Source: Lingula anatina
Taxonomy: Eukaryota; Animalia; Brachiopoda
DNA length: 64,000 bases
Direction: 5' to 3'
Assembly (NCBI GenBank): GCA_051362555.1
Contig: CM120645.1
Coordinates: forward strand, 11,532,001-11,596,000
The first letter of the stretch is position 1. Each line of letters opens with the position of its first letter. A model generated the notes under the pieces. It saw only the letters and a list, made by a program, of their open reading frames with translations, ran no database searches and had not been told where the DNA came from. Shown one piece after another: positions 27,766-41,594 of this stretch. Position numbers and translations under genes: made by a program.

Positions 27766-28483
27766 ATGACAGGATGTTAATTAAATAATAATTTGTCTTT
27801 CATTGTTTATTTACATGTAAGACTTCAATTAAATGAATTTTCAAATATCCATGTCTAAATATTTCTTACATGTTTCATGTCAGTGATACATACTTTCTCC
27901 TAAAGAAAGGTTGAATACTGATCATTTTCTAAATGGAAAACATGTTAAATTGCTGAATGGGGTCTTTTCGCTGTGCTGTCAGTTTTCCAAAGTTAACTGA
28001 CATTTGCTTTATGGCCAGGAATTGTAGGAATTCCAAAAAGTTGCATAATAGCATTAGGTGGTCTTTTAGAGGAAAAAAACTTCAATGGATGTGTCTTTTG
28101 TTCCAATCTATTTTTAGAGATCCAGCTATATTTGACAGGCAGCTGTCTTGTTTTCTTGGTCAGCATCTCTTTCTCTCTCTCTCTTTCTCAAGATAATAAA
28201 TAGTAAATAATCCAGTAGTATATCAAGAGTGTGAATAGAATATATATCCTTGAGCAAACCCAAAGGTTCAAATAAATGTATTTCAAATATATTTTGCCTT
28301 GTTTTTACAATATTTGGAATTTTTTCCCTTTAATTGACAGCTGTCTTAATGAAAAAATTCCCCCAAGGGAATCTTTCTTAGCCCCCTTGCAGAGATGTTG
28401 CAGAATCTTGCCTAGGCATCAAAGTAAGTGAATAATTAACAAAGCACCACACCATACAGACAAACTCTGAGGCCTTTTGTGAA

Positions 28484-28816
28484 GATGTTGGCTGCAGCAT
28501 CCTTGCAGCTGAGTTCATTTAGAAAAACTCCAAAACATGCATCAACAAGATCAGCTTTGTCCTTGCAAGACCAGCCTCCAATTCAGCATCAAAGCTTTCA
28601 AGTTAATCAGCAAAACTCTAAAACATGCATGTAAGCACCAGCATAACCCTAGTTTCATCCTTGACAAGACTGTTTTCTGCTTTAGCATCTGAGCAGCTGT
28701 ATTAATTAACACTGCTCTTAAAAACACGCGTACCAAAGCCCCTTGCAAAGATGCTGGCTGCAGCATCAAAGCGCAGCTAGATTGATTAACAAATCTCCAA
28801 AACATACATCCACAAG
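28484..28816. repeat. Degenerate tandem repeat (about 3 diverged units)
   Basis: Recurrent gctgcagcatc...aaaactccaaaacatgcatc motif at about 28490, 28585 and 28755. Confidence 0.6.
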
Positions 28817-30118
28817 TGGTGCATAGTATCCCCCACCTCTCCCCCCTGCCTTCTTTATTGATCTTACACCCCGAGAACCGGCTTGAACCCCTGTCACTGA
28901 TGAATTACCTTGTTAGCAGTTAATTTAACCACCTGCTAATAAGGCAGTGGGGGACATGCTTCTGTACAGTACTTGTCACTCCTGTTTGGCATGGCCCTGA
29001 TACACCCTGGGTATCCCTCTATGATTTTGACTTCTCCTCCATGGTCTTTTAATGAATAGTAGACTGTTAATATCAATTTTAGTTTTTCGTCTTCTTGATG
29101 GACCAAATTTGTTTATGATCAGTGGTGAAGTTGCTATTGATTATGATTGATTGGGTATCACAGTGATATAGTGATACTACCGGTACTCTCAGTTCTTTGT
29201 GAAAACTTAGTGGAATGGGGATTTGAAACCAGGAGCTGTTGATTAAATCACCAACATATTTATAATTAAGCGTTCTGTCATTATTTTGAAGAAATCAAAC
29301 ACAAACAATAAAAAACAAATAATTAAAAATGCAGAAATATGTTGATGTGAATTAAGTCCATTAAAACTGAAATAGCTTGGCTTTTAAACATTTGTAAGTT
29401 CATTTTGTAACACAGTCACCTTGAAGAAATGGGAAAATCACTGAACATCTTGATACGCAGGGTGGGCAGTCCATGCCCAGGAATGCCCTTCAGATAAAAA
29501 AAATCTAACAAATTTGTATTTGTGTTAGAATTGTTTTTGTTATTCTGCTAACTGTGGGGATTTTGAAGTTGGTGTTATTTCAATATTTGTACTATTTGGT
29601 GGAGGTGTGTTAGTGTAATTTGTGAAGGCTTTGATGATTATGCTTTGAAGATAGTCTGTGGACAGGGTTGACCTGTGTCTTGTAACAAGAATCTCCAGGC
29701 CTGTAGCCAGCAATTTCAAAGGGGGTTATTTTTCTGAAAAAGTGGACCTTTATGTCTCCCTGGTTGACCCAACTAGAGAACCTAGATCAAATTTTCACTC
29801 AGTATGGACCCCTTTTCATTCAAAAGGGGAGATCTTTTAAACTCCCCCTCCCCCCCCCCCCCAAAAAAAAAAAAAAAAAAAAGCATAAAAAAGGAATGCC
29901 AAAATTGCAGCAAAATTTTATTTTTGTTTTTTCAAACAAAAACAACAATGAGAACTTGTTGGCTGTTCCATTTTCCAAACAGAAGTGTCAAGTCCATGAA
30001 CATCAGTGCTACAGGTTTGCCCTCTGGAATTTTGGCATGTATTGTGTATATACTGCCCCCATGGTTTGTGTTAAATTGACAGGGTATTGCCACTCCACTG
30101 TCAGTATAGGTAAACTAT

Positions 30119-30330
30119 GTAGGGAATACCTTTTGCCTTCCGTTCCGTTCCGCGTGATTGGCCTTATTTCTCGAGCTTGATGCGTTATTTGAGCCCAATA
30201 TTCTGCGTGAGACTTGATTTAGGAATTATTGGTGATTGGTGACTGACCTGAATATATCTTTGCTATTGGTGATTGAGCTGAAACAGTTTTAATTCTTGGT
30301 GATTGGTGCTTAACAAGGGGTATTCCCTAC
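30119..30330. mobile_element. MITE-like element with short TIRs
   Basis: gtagggaatacc...ggtattccctac inverted ends; internal ttggtgattg sub-repeats. Confidence 0.55.
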
Positions 30331-33300
30331 CCTCTGTACAATGTAGTGGAATTAACCAAGAACCAGTCAAGAAATTTCAACAAGAAAAAGTCTGAACCTA
30401 TGAGTTACTTAACATGCAGCAGGCTGTATTGATTTCAGTTTGCAAAATGTTAGAAGATTAAGAAGATAAATTCTCTTCCCTAAAGACATACGTGGCTGTG
30501 CCACAGATAACAAATTCTTAAGAATTGCATGTATTTTACCATAGGCAAATGACATGGTCTGTGTCAAAGTTAACAGGTATGAATTGAATATTGTTTCCCT
30601 CTATCCTTGATCATTTATGACTAATTTAAAAACATGAAGTACTGCAAAGTCATCTTCTGAATCACCACCATGGCCAAATATTCATCTCTTGGTAGTGACC
30701 ACTATAACCATGTCTTGATTATCTGACCACATCAGTGACCACAAGATGACCATAGCGGTGGTCAGTTAGAGTTGGGTCTGAGGTGAGGGTGGGTGACTGT
30801 AGGGTCACATCGGTATGCCATTAAAAAAAGGATCTAAAAGAATGTTTGAAAGAGAAAATGAAAGTACTCACTGATGAGACTTTTCCGACTTTTATCAGAA
30901 TTCCGACTTTTTCAGGGTCATTTTGGTCATTGTGACCCCTGTGTACCCTGGACCCCTGGCCAATTTTCCTCCTTTTTCAGTGAGGACTTGTCTTATCCCT
31001 GGTACTACATCATTCATTTCCTTTTTGACATTGATTTGCCAAAATGATGACTTACTAACATTCACTAAGCTTATCGTAGACCACAAATTATATGCTAGAG
31101 TAAGTCCAGATAAGGATGGGGGCCCTCTTGCTGGGTATTTCTGCTAAATCATGCCTGGTAATGAGAAGATCACTAGTGACAGAGAAAAACTGATTTGTTT
31201 AGTTGGATCCTTGTTATGAAGGGGCACATACAAACTGTACTAGCTTAAAAATACCCCATTTCTGTCAAGTCATGTTGCAAATTAAGTGATTTTACAGTTG
31301 AAGGGATTTGTTTACTGAGTGAATTTATCAATGATGATCTGATGGAGAATATTTTAACAAGTTTTTTTTTTTTGATAGCACCCACAGCAGCAAATTTTAA
31401 GGAAATTTAAGTGTTGTTGTTTTAACTTTCAATTTTCCCCTTGTTAAAAAATTAACTAGTACTTGCATGAGAGTGTATCAACTTCAAAAGAAATGAGTCC
31501 CATTTATACTGGATGTCTTTCACCCCTACATTTCCATCAAAGTTTTCTTTTCAAATCTGACTTCAGGTTCATTTTACAAAGAGGCAATTCAGTTCTCTTA
31601 TTACACTTAGCAAGAAGTTAAAAACATAATTATGATGTGACAGAAAACCAAAGTTACGGTTAATTTAACTAATCCCACGGCCCATTTAGAAAAGGAAGCA
31701 CAAAGTTTTATTTTAAGATTTCTTGAATGGCACAAGTATTTAATGTCATTATATTATAAAAGCGATCTGGCAGTAAAAAGGAATAGTATTAACAAACTGT
31801 CACAAGTCAAGCAATACCTAGGTCTCTAATGTGAAAAAAACCCAAATTAACAGAATTTTACTGTGCCATACTACTAGTACTTATATATTTTATTCTGAAC
31901 AGATCATTTTGGAAAGGTCTCTATGAGTCACTCAGTGCAGGCAGGTTAGGTCACTATTTCAATGTTTTGTCTGGTATCCAATTACAGATTAATAACATTT
32001 CATTTCATTGTGGGACAGATATAATTAATTGCAGGAAGTTATATCTTGTTGTATAGTGGTCTTGTATTTCCATTTAAAAACCACTACTGGGATATGGTTT
32101 GACGTCCTAGATCAAAACAAACTTCTACGACACCACAACCATCACTTTTGTACTGGACTGGGAGTGTATACAAAAGCCCATGCACAGTATTTTTTCAATA
32201 GAGAATTTTTAGTTTCAGCATTAGGAAATAAATGCTTGATTGTCCTCGGCCCCCCATCCCCTCTATGAATCCCCCCCCCCCCCCGACCCCTCTTCTCTTC
32301 TTGCTAGCTCTTAACATTGTCCATGCATGTGTAAGCCCCTAGTGCCTACTGTAGATAAGCAGTTAGCGTGGTGAGCAGTTATAGGGCAGATCACTTCACA
32401 ATAGAATTATATAGACAACTTTCATTGCTAAGAATGGCAATCAAATTGCCTTCTTCAGAAGTAATCAATATAAATTTATTTTTGATTTTTTTTTTACAAG
32501 CCCATCCTGTACATGTCCACAGAGAATGATTATCAGCTCTTAAAACTTCTGCCGCTCATGTGGGGGAGGGGCTGTAAGCTAAGTACAAGTATAAAACCCT
32601 ATATTCAGGGCAAGTGGTCAAATTTCAATGCTCAGTTGTTTGTCAATAAGTCATCCATCTGATCATGAATTTCAATTGCCTAATAAAAAAGTCACCCCAC
32701 CCCCAACCCACCCCCAACCCACCCCCATTATCACTTACCCTAGGGTAACAATTGAGAGGGGGATGAGTCACAGGCAGGGTGTAAAACTCAGGTGATGTAA
32801 CAATATTTGGTAGCTAGATGTTTTCAACAGGCGTGGTAGTTGTCTTTTTAGTGATTGATTTGAATGGGGATGGTGGTGGTGGTGGGGTGTTGAGTCAAGA
32901 GGATAAGCCTAGGGGTATTGTAATCAAAGCTACTTCTAGTAACTTTATAGAAATTATTTTAAAAGTTTCATATTGCACAATACAGCGACCCTGAATGAAC
33001 TGAATACAAATGTGGTTGTAGTCATCCTTTTATAAACACCTGACAATAGACGTGGGAGTGTGACTTCCACACCTTTTAACAATAGATTAACAACCGACTT
33101 CTTATTATCCAATTAATTGATGTCATTGTCCAGTTCAAGTGTATTAGTTCAATAATGTTTACATTGCCATCAGTATTGTACATGTACTTCAGTAGTACAG
33201 GGCCTTCTAAGAAATGCCCACCTGTTAAAGTTAGGCAAGTTTTCAGTTCAAGTGTTGGGTTGGGCAACTCACATCCTCATAGGAGAAGCTCACCAAGTCC

Positions 33301-34498
33301 CTGGGATAGAACAGATGTTTACTTGTCCATGTATTCTATGCTTTTTGTTTCAGTACTGAGAACTCCACAGTTTTGGAAGGGGATGTCCTACACAATTTTG
33401 GAATTGTCAGATCTTATCTGGACTGCTTTATATTTATGCTTTCTTTTAACCAAACCCACATGCATAGTTTGGGCTGAATCAAAAGTTTGAATTAAATTCG
33501 TAATAGATTTCAGAAACACACACAAATGATTTTCAAATTAGACTACATACAGCATATTATTATGGCTAAAACTTTACTATTACAGCTTAAATTATCAGTC
33601 CAAACATTTAACAACATTCGATCACTTCTTATTAAACCATCATCCAAAATATCGGCAGGGCAAATGAATGCCATGTATAGAGTTCAGCATTAAACAGTGT
33701 GTTTGCCTGTTTACTCTGTCAATTATAATAGTGCACAATAGGTTATAAGTGCAGTCTGCGAGAGGGGGTTTACTTGACGGCTTGTCATCTCGTTGGCACA
33801 CATTAAGTAGCGGTGATTTACCAGATCACACAGGCTATTACATTATGTGCTCTAGGGTCGAGGTTTCATTTGTGGAAGTTTTACATAATGTGACCTTTTC
33901 AATTTCATTTTATTTTTTCTCAAGAATTTTCAGATTGAATTACGTGGAGTGAGTGAATTTAAACCATGTGACTGAAAGTATGCGTATATTGGTCATTATT
34001 TGATTTAAAAAGATATATGCAATTACAGGATGTATGACTCACACTGTAAAATGATCATTTATTTCACTGAATTGAAAGAACAATTGGTTGTATATGAAAT
34101 AGGTGCAACGAATGTTGAACAGAAGTCTTAATGTACACAGGATGTTGATGCTGCCTGTGAACCGCCAGGCATAGCTGAGATGATTCACATTTCATGATTA
34201 CTACACTGTATCACTGGAGCAGGTTGTGAAACCAGTTGTGAATCATTCATTCATACAGTACTTCCATTCCTGTCATTTTAAAAATGCATAGTCATTCTGT
34301 TGTATGTAAGGAAAATATCTTTGTAGAAAAGCCTCTGTCTTAAAGTTTTATATGGTGGGGCTTATCCAACTGATTTATCTGTATATTAATATTTTTTGTA
34401 TGCTTTTGTCCATGAGACACATGCAAGTTTCTTTCCGATCTCTGTTAACTAAACCTACATCCCTGGTCAAAGTGCATCCCCTTTTCTCTCCTACACGC

Positions 34499-34582
<84 letters not shown>

Positions 34583-34645
34583 TAAACACACACACACATG
34601 CATACACAAACATAAACACACACACACACACACACACATACACAC
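34499..34645. repeat. Compound (CT)n(CA)n microsatellite next to the TIMP exon-1 donor
   Basis: Seen directly in sequence. It explains the spurious VCVC/ERER ORF tails in the ORF track. Confidence 0.95.
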
Positions 34646-34686
34646 GTACGTACTCATGCACATGCAGAAAGTTTGGCTCCACTTAC

Positions 34687-34816
34687 CAAAGTCAGCCTGG
34701 CAGAAGTGCATCTGTGGATGAAGGGGCATACAGGAGCAGGCCTCCGTATACTGTGAGTACAGCCCCAGTGCCACCACACTACACAGCACAGTCAGCAGTA
34801 TGGAAGATGACTCCAT
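34687..34816 (-). CDS. Timp: TIMP coding exon 1 (signal peptide + CSC N-terminus)
   Basis: MESSSILLTVLCSVVALGLYSQYTEA|CSCMPLHPQMHFCQADF; donor G|gtaagt. The acceptor ctccag lies 3 nt before the ATG, implying an upstream non-coding exon. Confidence 0.95.
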
Positions 34817-34912
34817 TTTCTGGAGAAATAAAAGATAATCCACAAAAGTTATTTTCCATGTCCTACAGCTGAAACAGTTTGAGCAAAAATGTTCATTAGC
34901 TTGGTAGTTGGA

Positions 34913-35039
34913 TCATAAATGAAAATTATCAAACAGAAGCTGAAAATCTTTCACACCGTTAACTTACCAGGCTGGCAGTACTTAGCAAGCTAACGTTATG
35001 AGATATTTTCAGCTTGTGTTTGATAATTTTCATTTATGA
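34913..35039. repeat. Inverted repeat/hairpin (about 35-bp near-perfect stem)
   Basis: tcataaatgaaaattatcaaacagaagctgaaaat pairs with attttcagcttgtgtttgataattttcatttatga (1 mismatch), with weaker pairing inside. Confidence 0.8.
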
Positions 35040-36191
35040 GCAGGAACAGTATTTTACCGCATAAAAAAAGATCAGACAAGATGTTAAAATCATTGAAATG
35101 AGATAACAGAATATGAATTGCAAATCTTAATTGTCTGAATTGAAACAATACCTCTTACTGTTCTTCACCTGCAGGGAGGAAAATGCCAGTGACAAATAAA
35201 TGAGGTCTAGACTTGGTCTAGACTCAGTGATAACTTTGGGGGTCTGTTAAGTTACGTAAATGACATTTAACAAGACAAAGTCAATATTCAGGTGTTTATA
35301 AGCACCTTCGTCTGCAAATACCTTACAAGAAAAGAGTTGACACTCGTGGAAAGAGTGTACAAAATCCTTTAATACCTCTGTATATAGTAATTACAAGTAG
35401 ACATGCACATTATATAATAATTTATCTCTGAAGTCTCATCTTTCTTACATTTATTTTCCCTGATGTCCCAGAGGAACTACAGGAGACCATATTAATATTT
35501 ATGTCATGTATTTGTGTGTATACTGTAGTACTCAGGTGTGATATTTTGACAGTATTAAATATGTCAATACCTACTCAGGTGCTTATCCTATAACAAGGTG
35601 TTAACAGTAAACATTTTTATTAAGCTGTAAATACTTCTGTTAACTAAGTGCTTAAGAATCATGTGTATGAATACCAGTATAACCATAAGTTCCTACATAT
35701 ATTTTTGCTACACTTATAATTGTCCACAATTTTTCATTTCACCATTTCAATAGTACCAAGTAAATGTCAAATACCCAGATTAAATTAAAAACCAACAAAA
35801 AACCTTCCTCTGGAGTCCTGTAACATATACTTTGATGAAATATATACTGATTGCCAAACTTTTCTAAAATTATCTTCATAAATTCAGTCAGAACAACTAA
35901 GTAAATACATGTTTTATCCATTTGTGGTCAAAATTATAGAAATACATGTGAGACATTAAAATGAAATCAGTAAACAATAGAGTCTGCATAACTCAATTAA
36001 AGACCAGAAAACTTATTCTCATTGCACAAAATTTTGAATTAGACAATGTTCAAAAAGTTTCAGCTGATACCAAAGAAAAAAATCCATACCACAACAGATT
36101 TGTGTCAGATCAATAAAAATTCACACGGCAAATAAAGGTAAATTGAATTATGCAGCCAACCGAATACATGTACCACCAAAATCCACATTAC

Positions 36192-36320
36192 CTGTAGTGA
36201 ATGAAGCAGAGATCGAGAGAAAGAAAAAGAGAGAGAGAGACAGTCCACACGACCTTCCACACAGCCGGCTCTCCTGCTGATGTGTGAACTCATACCAGAA
36301 CAGATTCGGCTATTTGTACC
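36192..36320 (-). promoter_or_regulatory. Second candidate TIMP 5' non-coding exon/promoter
   Basis: Minus-strand donor CAG|gtaatg at 36192, preceded by a CpG-containing stretch and a weak TATA-like tacaaata at about 36311-36318. Confidence 0.3.
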
Positions 36321-36829
36321 TCACTTCCTCTCCTCATTAATAGCCATGTGTGGGTGGAGGAGGTAAACATACACACACACATGGGGAGGGATTACTCATA
36401 CCCGGTACACTATACCACTGATACTTCCCCTTCTACTGTTATGTCAGCACCACCGAGACTTGCTTTTTTCTGTGTTTTTAATGTTATTTTTAGCAAGTGC
36501 ATTGTTTTTCTTGGAAGATTTGAATTTTTTCTTTTATGTAGTTTAATTGATTAATTAGTTAGTTAATTATTTTATTTGTCTCTGTGTTTTTGAATGATTG
36601 AAAATATGATTGGATCAGTTCATAGATTAAGTGTTATGACTGGATCTTTTCTGAATGGATTTTTGTTAGGAGATAAAAACAGATGAATGTATGTGAATGT
36701 GAAGAAAGTGAAAGTCATTTATTTGTATTAGTTATAGGAAAGGTGATTAGTTTTAGAAACGAGTATATTGATTATTGATGTCTGTGTATAGAAATGTGTT
36801 GAGAGGGGAGGGGGCATGAATTATATAAC

Positions 36830-37024
36830 ATATGATCTTGTGCAACAGGCAATGATTAATGTTTTATGCAGACATTGAAATGTTTTCAGATACTCTTAAA
36901 CTCACATATATAGGAAGTGTGTTGCGGGCGCTTACATGAAATATATATAATAAGGTCTTGTGCATCAGGGCAGTGATTAATGCTTAACACAGACATTGAA
37001 ATGTTTTCAAACACTACTAAACTT
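36830..37024. repeat. Diverged direct duplication (period about 120 bp)
   Basis: tcttgtgca..aggca.tgattaatg...cagacattgaaatgttttca...taaact occurs twice. Confidence 0.65.
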
Positions 37025-40000
37025 AATTATCTGCTGGTACAAGTAGTACCAGTACTTTTCATGTCTACACTTTATTTTGTTGTATAGCCAAAGCCTTTAT
37101 ACATAAAGACATAAAGAAAAAAAAGCACATACATGTAAGGGTTAAGATTTTTTCCGGTTGGCATTTTGGCATTTTCAGAATTTTTGAAGGTCAGAAAATT
37201 GATGCTTGAAATTCTAACAGATGTTGTATGGGGGAGGTTGGGAGGTAGAGGCCAAATTCCATTTTTTTTTTCTTTTTCCTTGGTCCCCAGCATTTGTCGA
37301 TTACAATATGGAATTTGATAGTAGATACATCTGTTTTAAAAGGCATTTAGTTAAATGAATGGTTGAACCTGTACAAAGCTGAAATGTGGAGGGTTGGAAA
37401 TTCAAACTGTGGCCTAGGTTTGATTGACAGTACGGTAATTTCCCTCTAAATTTGTACAAAACAAATTATTTACTGTATACATATTATATTCCAACACAGT
37501 GAAGTATCAATAATAACCATAAACCCATCATTCAAAAGTCTAAAAATGAGTTTAGGCAAATGCCTCTTAGTATGTTTTTTGAGCAAACAGTGATGGAACT
37601 TAAATAAAATATTTGAACAGAGAAGTTTGAAATTGGAGAGTTACCACCATAACCACTTGAGGTGAAAGATGCTATTTCTAAGAGAGTGCTATCATGTCTC
37701 TGATATGAGCAGATAGACAGAATTTGGGTGGTCCGAGTGGGAAGAAGGAAAGGAAACTTCCTCACTCATCAGGACAGTGTGAAGTAATAAATTATCTCTC
37801 TTCAACAAGCATCATTATTATTTCATTTTTAAATACCACCACCATGGCATTTTGTCCGCACCATCCTGTTACATGTTGTTTTATAATATAATGATCTGGC
37901 TGACTGAAGTGTCCAGGGTTTCCATTGATTTTTTATTAATGCAAAATGTTATTATAAACAGTGAATTTTTCTCTGTATTTCTTGTCTTTTCTTTATTCCT
38001 TCACTTTGCTTCTGATACTTTCCCTTCTTTCTTCCTTCCATTTCTGTCTGCCTTTTTCTGTTTTATCTCATTTTCTTCTCCTTTATCTCCCCCTTTTGAT
38101 TTTGATTGCGAAAGGAGATAACAAAAAAACCATGTGTTCTCAGTATCACCCAGTGTCTTGATTTAAATAATAACAGGGATGTGATAACACAATGACACAG
38201 CTGTCAAGAAATCCGCTAATAAAAATTCCACTCAGTCAAAAGGGCAAAGCTGAGTGCTGAGGTTATGATAGGATTAAATGATATGTTAAGAACTTAAGAA
38301 TGTGAGCATTGTTATAGGGCTTTCTCTTTATCTATTGATAGCCTGCTTTTTTTCATATTTTTTATATGATTTAGCATATATTCATAAATTGTAGTGTCTG
38401 CATTTGTCTGTTTCAGTAATCTCAAAAATTGTTCATAATTTAAGATATCTTTTATAAAATTTCTGTGTGTATGCTTATTCACTGCTCCTGAAAACTGTTT
38501 ATCTGTCAGAAAAAAAGTAAAATGTGATAATCTTTTCTCCAATATTTTAAATCTAATTTTCATTGGCGTTACACTATCTCCTTGAAATTTGATATGTACA
38601 TTTACCTGGGGTCATTTCTTTCAAATGGACAGCAAAGAGGTAATCTGCTTAAGCTCACTAAGGGGTACACCTTCACATTCATAAACCTTTTTCTGATAAG
38701 ATCACTGAATAATACAATATGGGGGAGTATACTGACTACCAGAGGCCATTTATTTGATGATGGTGTTATATTTATTAATTTTTAAAATTTTCATTTTCTT
38801 TTTTATTTATTTAATTCATTTAGTTCAGTTAATTTCCTTTATTTATTTTTCTATTTATTTTATTTTATTAATTTTTATATTTTTTTGCAAAAATTCTTTC
38901 TGAACAGTATAGCTATCTGCAAAGAATATACCCAAAGAAATATCTGAAAATGTCAGGTGAAAAAAGTCCTCTCTGTGCCCCATGGCATGCAACAGTAGCT
39001 GTTTTGTCTGGAGGCTGCTAGGTGCACTGCCGTTCTAATATGATCAGTGTTTAATTGACTGTGCAGATATTTATGTGATAACCATCAGCACCTCTGCACT
39101 CTAGTACAGAACCCAGCCAGAGAGATGGCAGAAAAATAGGAAAGTTTACACAAGGTGAAATATGGTTCTATCTTACATGCCAGGTGTGCACCAGTTTCTG
39201 ATAAGAGACTGATGATGCTATGAAGAACAGCCATCCAGTTATATGTTACATGAATGAAGCTTTTTAAATCCTTTGCTGGACTTATGATAACTCATGTCAA
39301 CTGTTATGAATTATACCAGTGTGCCCAGTTATAGATTTTTAAACTTTATACAGATAAGAAATTGAGTTGCTCTCAAATTCATACATGCTGATTTTTAGTA
39401 CTAGTACATTCTTTAGGGTGATTATAATAAAGAGCAGTCAAACTTTCCCTTCTCTGCTCTTAGTACATGTATAAATGCTTACTAGTATTATTTTCATACC
39501 TAGATAGAGCTACTGCCAAATCAGTTAGCCTTTTGAAAATTAACTTTCTATCAAACATAAAATACTGGGGCTACTTATACACTTGACATATTAAGATCAT
39601 GATGTTTCAAATTTCTCATCATGATATTACACATTTCAATGTGTGGTGTAGGTTTTAAATCTTCAGAAATTATTTATTTTTTTTATGTACAGTTTAAGCT
39701 ATATGCAGGAAATATTTTAAAGCAGGGCCTGTGCATTAACTTTTACCTGTACCTGCATGCAGGGGGCACTCTAAATTTTTTCATGCATTCCATATTCCAC
39801 TTGAACCCCAACTCAAATATTCTAAAAAATTTTAAGATTTGGATACACATATATTTCAGATGTCCTGCCTATTGACTTCTCTACACTACAGTTTTAAGAA
39901 TCCAATATTGCTCCAAGTAATACATTCTTGCTAGCTTGTAAGCAACACATCAAAAATTCCACTCGTAAATAACTCTTAACTTAAACAAACAGGTGATAGC

Positions 40001-40044
40001 CAAACAGCATACTGCAAGAAAAAAAGTTCAGTTTATCCACTTAC

Positions 40045-40290
40045 CTTTTTGTCTGTTCCTAGTCAGAAGACGCACAATATACTCTAATATATATATTATA
40101 TCCCAAATGGAGAGATGCAGTACAGAACGTCCACTATTTGAGTCTGTTGGCAGTCGTCTGGTAGCTCTCTCTCACCCACGGCTGGATATATACTCTGTGT
40201 GATCAACCATGTGGCTCCTTGCCAGCTTCTGTAAACAGTCTGCCAGTCATTACTCCACCCCTTGGACAGGAAACTCAGTGATGACGTCTG
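40045..40290 (-). promoter_or_regulatory. Candidate TIMP promoter and non-coding first exon
   Basis: On the - strand: CRE-like TGACGTCT (40282-40289), TATATAT box (about 40185-40191), then about 115-140 nt to a consensus donor AAG|gtaagt at 40045. Confidence 0.45.
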
Positions 40291-41546
40291 CTTTGGAAAA
40301 TACATTTTAGATAAAATGGAACTTTTTTTTTCCACATGGACTTAGTTGGTGTTTATTTCTGGATGGATATATCAGTGAGGAGACTGAGTTGTGATGTTTT
40401 ATTGGGACATTCAGTTGCATGATAATTGTTGTTGTTTTTTTGCGCTTAGATTATTTTGCCAGGTAGTTTATTTATGTTTGGAGAGTATGCTTGGGTAACG
40501 TTTTCCAGACAATGTGGGCAGAGTTAGAGTAGACACATAGGGAGCACTGCTGGAGGAGGAAGTCCGATTTTTTTTTTTTTTAGTTTCATTTTATAATGAG
40601 AAATATTTTTTGAATGAACAATAAAATTTAAATGCTCTAGTCAAACATGTCATTTCCTCTAGAAAAGAAAATGGATTATGTAAGCCATAAAAGGATATTT
40701 CAGATCGTTTGTGTTACGTTCAAAGATACACACTTCCATACTGATAATTAACTACAAAATGTATGTAGGAGTCAACATATTTTTAAGAATCAAAAATTGG
40801 TTTAAAAACACAGTGGGATGTGTTTAATACTATGGATATGACAGCTTGAAGCATTATTTAATTTTATATAAAAAAAGTTTTACCTCTTAAAGATAGACAA
40901 GTATGGAGATCTAGAGCTTTACGATATATATACTTTCCACGAGGTGTGTATTTCTGGTAAAAAAAAAGAAAGATTTTCTGAATGCCACACTGAAAAGTGA
41001 AACTTGTCAAATATGCAGAGGAAACAAATTGCACACATATTTCTTGCTGCTACTGTAGGGGACATGTAGCTGCTTTAATACTTTAAGGAACACGTACCTA
41101 CTTCAGTAGAGCCTTTTGCACTTCTTTGACAATGTATGTATGTATGAATTGCCTTGTGCCATATCTTTTGGGCCTTTTTTAATAACCATTATTTGTATGG
41201 GTCATATTATAATACATTTTTGGATAATTCAATTTAAAAATATCGATGACCGCTAATATTTTGTTACAAAAAAACAGCCAAAAAAAGTATTCCTGCAAGT
41301 AGAGCTTCTGTGAAAGATCTTTATAAGGAATACAATTTCAGTTAGTTCAACTGTTTTTTACTGAAAAAGAATGAACATATTGTTTTGGTATGTCTTTCAA
41401 CACTGGTAGACATAACGTTGGGCTCAGATGTTACAATAGTATCATGTGTCGTGAACTTTCAAGTAGTGAGTGACACAGGGTAAAGGTACGCGTGTACCCC
41501 AGTGAGGTTATTAACACAGCACTTTTTCTGGTTATATCTACTTTAT

Positions 41547-41594
<48 letters not shown>

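Noticed and set aside
29752-30180. Longest ORF in the track (142 aa)
   Set aside because: Runs through poly-C/poly-A tracts and into a MITE-like element; no coding-like composition or homology.
30872-31147. Overlapping ORFs and a - strand donor suggesting another TIMP exon
   Set aside because: No frame shows TIMP motifs or the Cys pattern; the repeated aaaagtcggaa motif suggests a repeat remnant.
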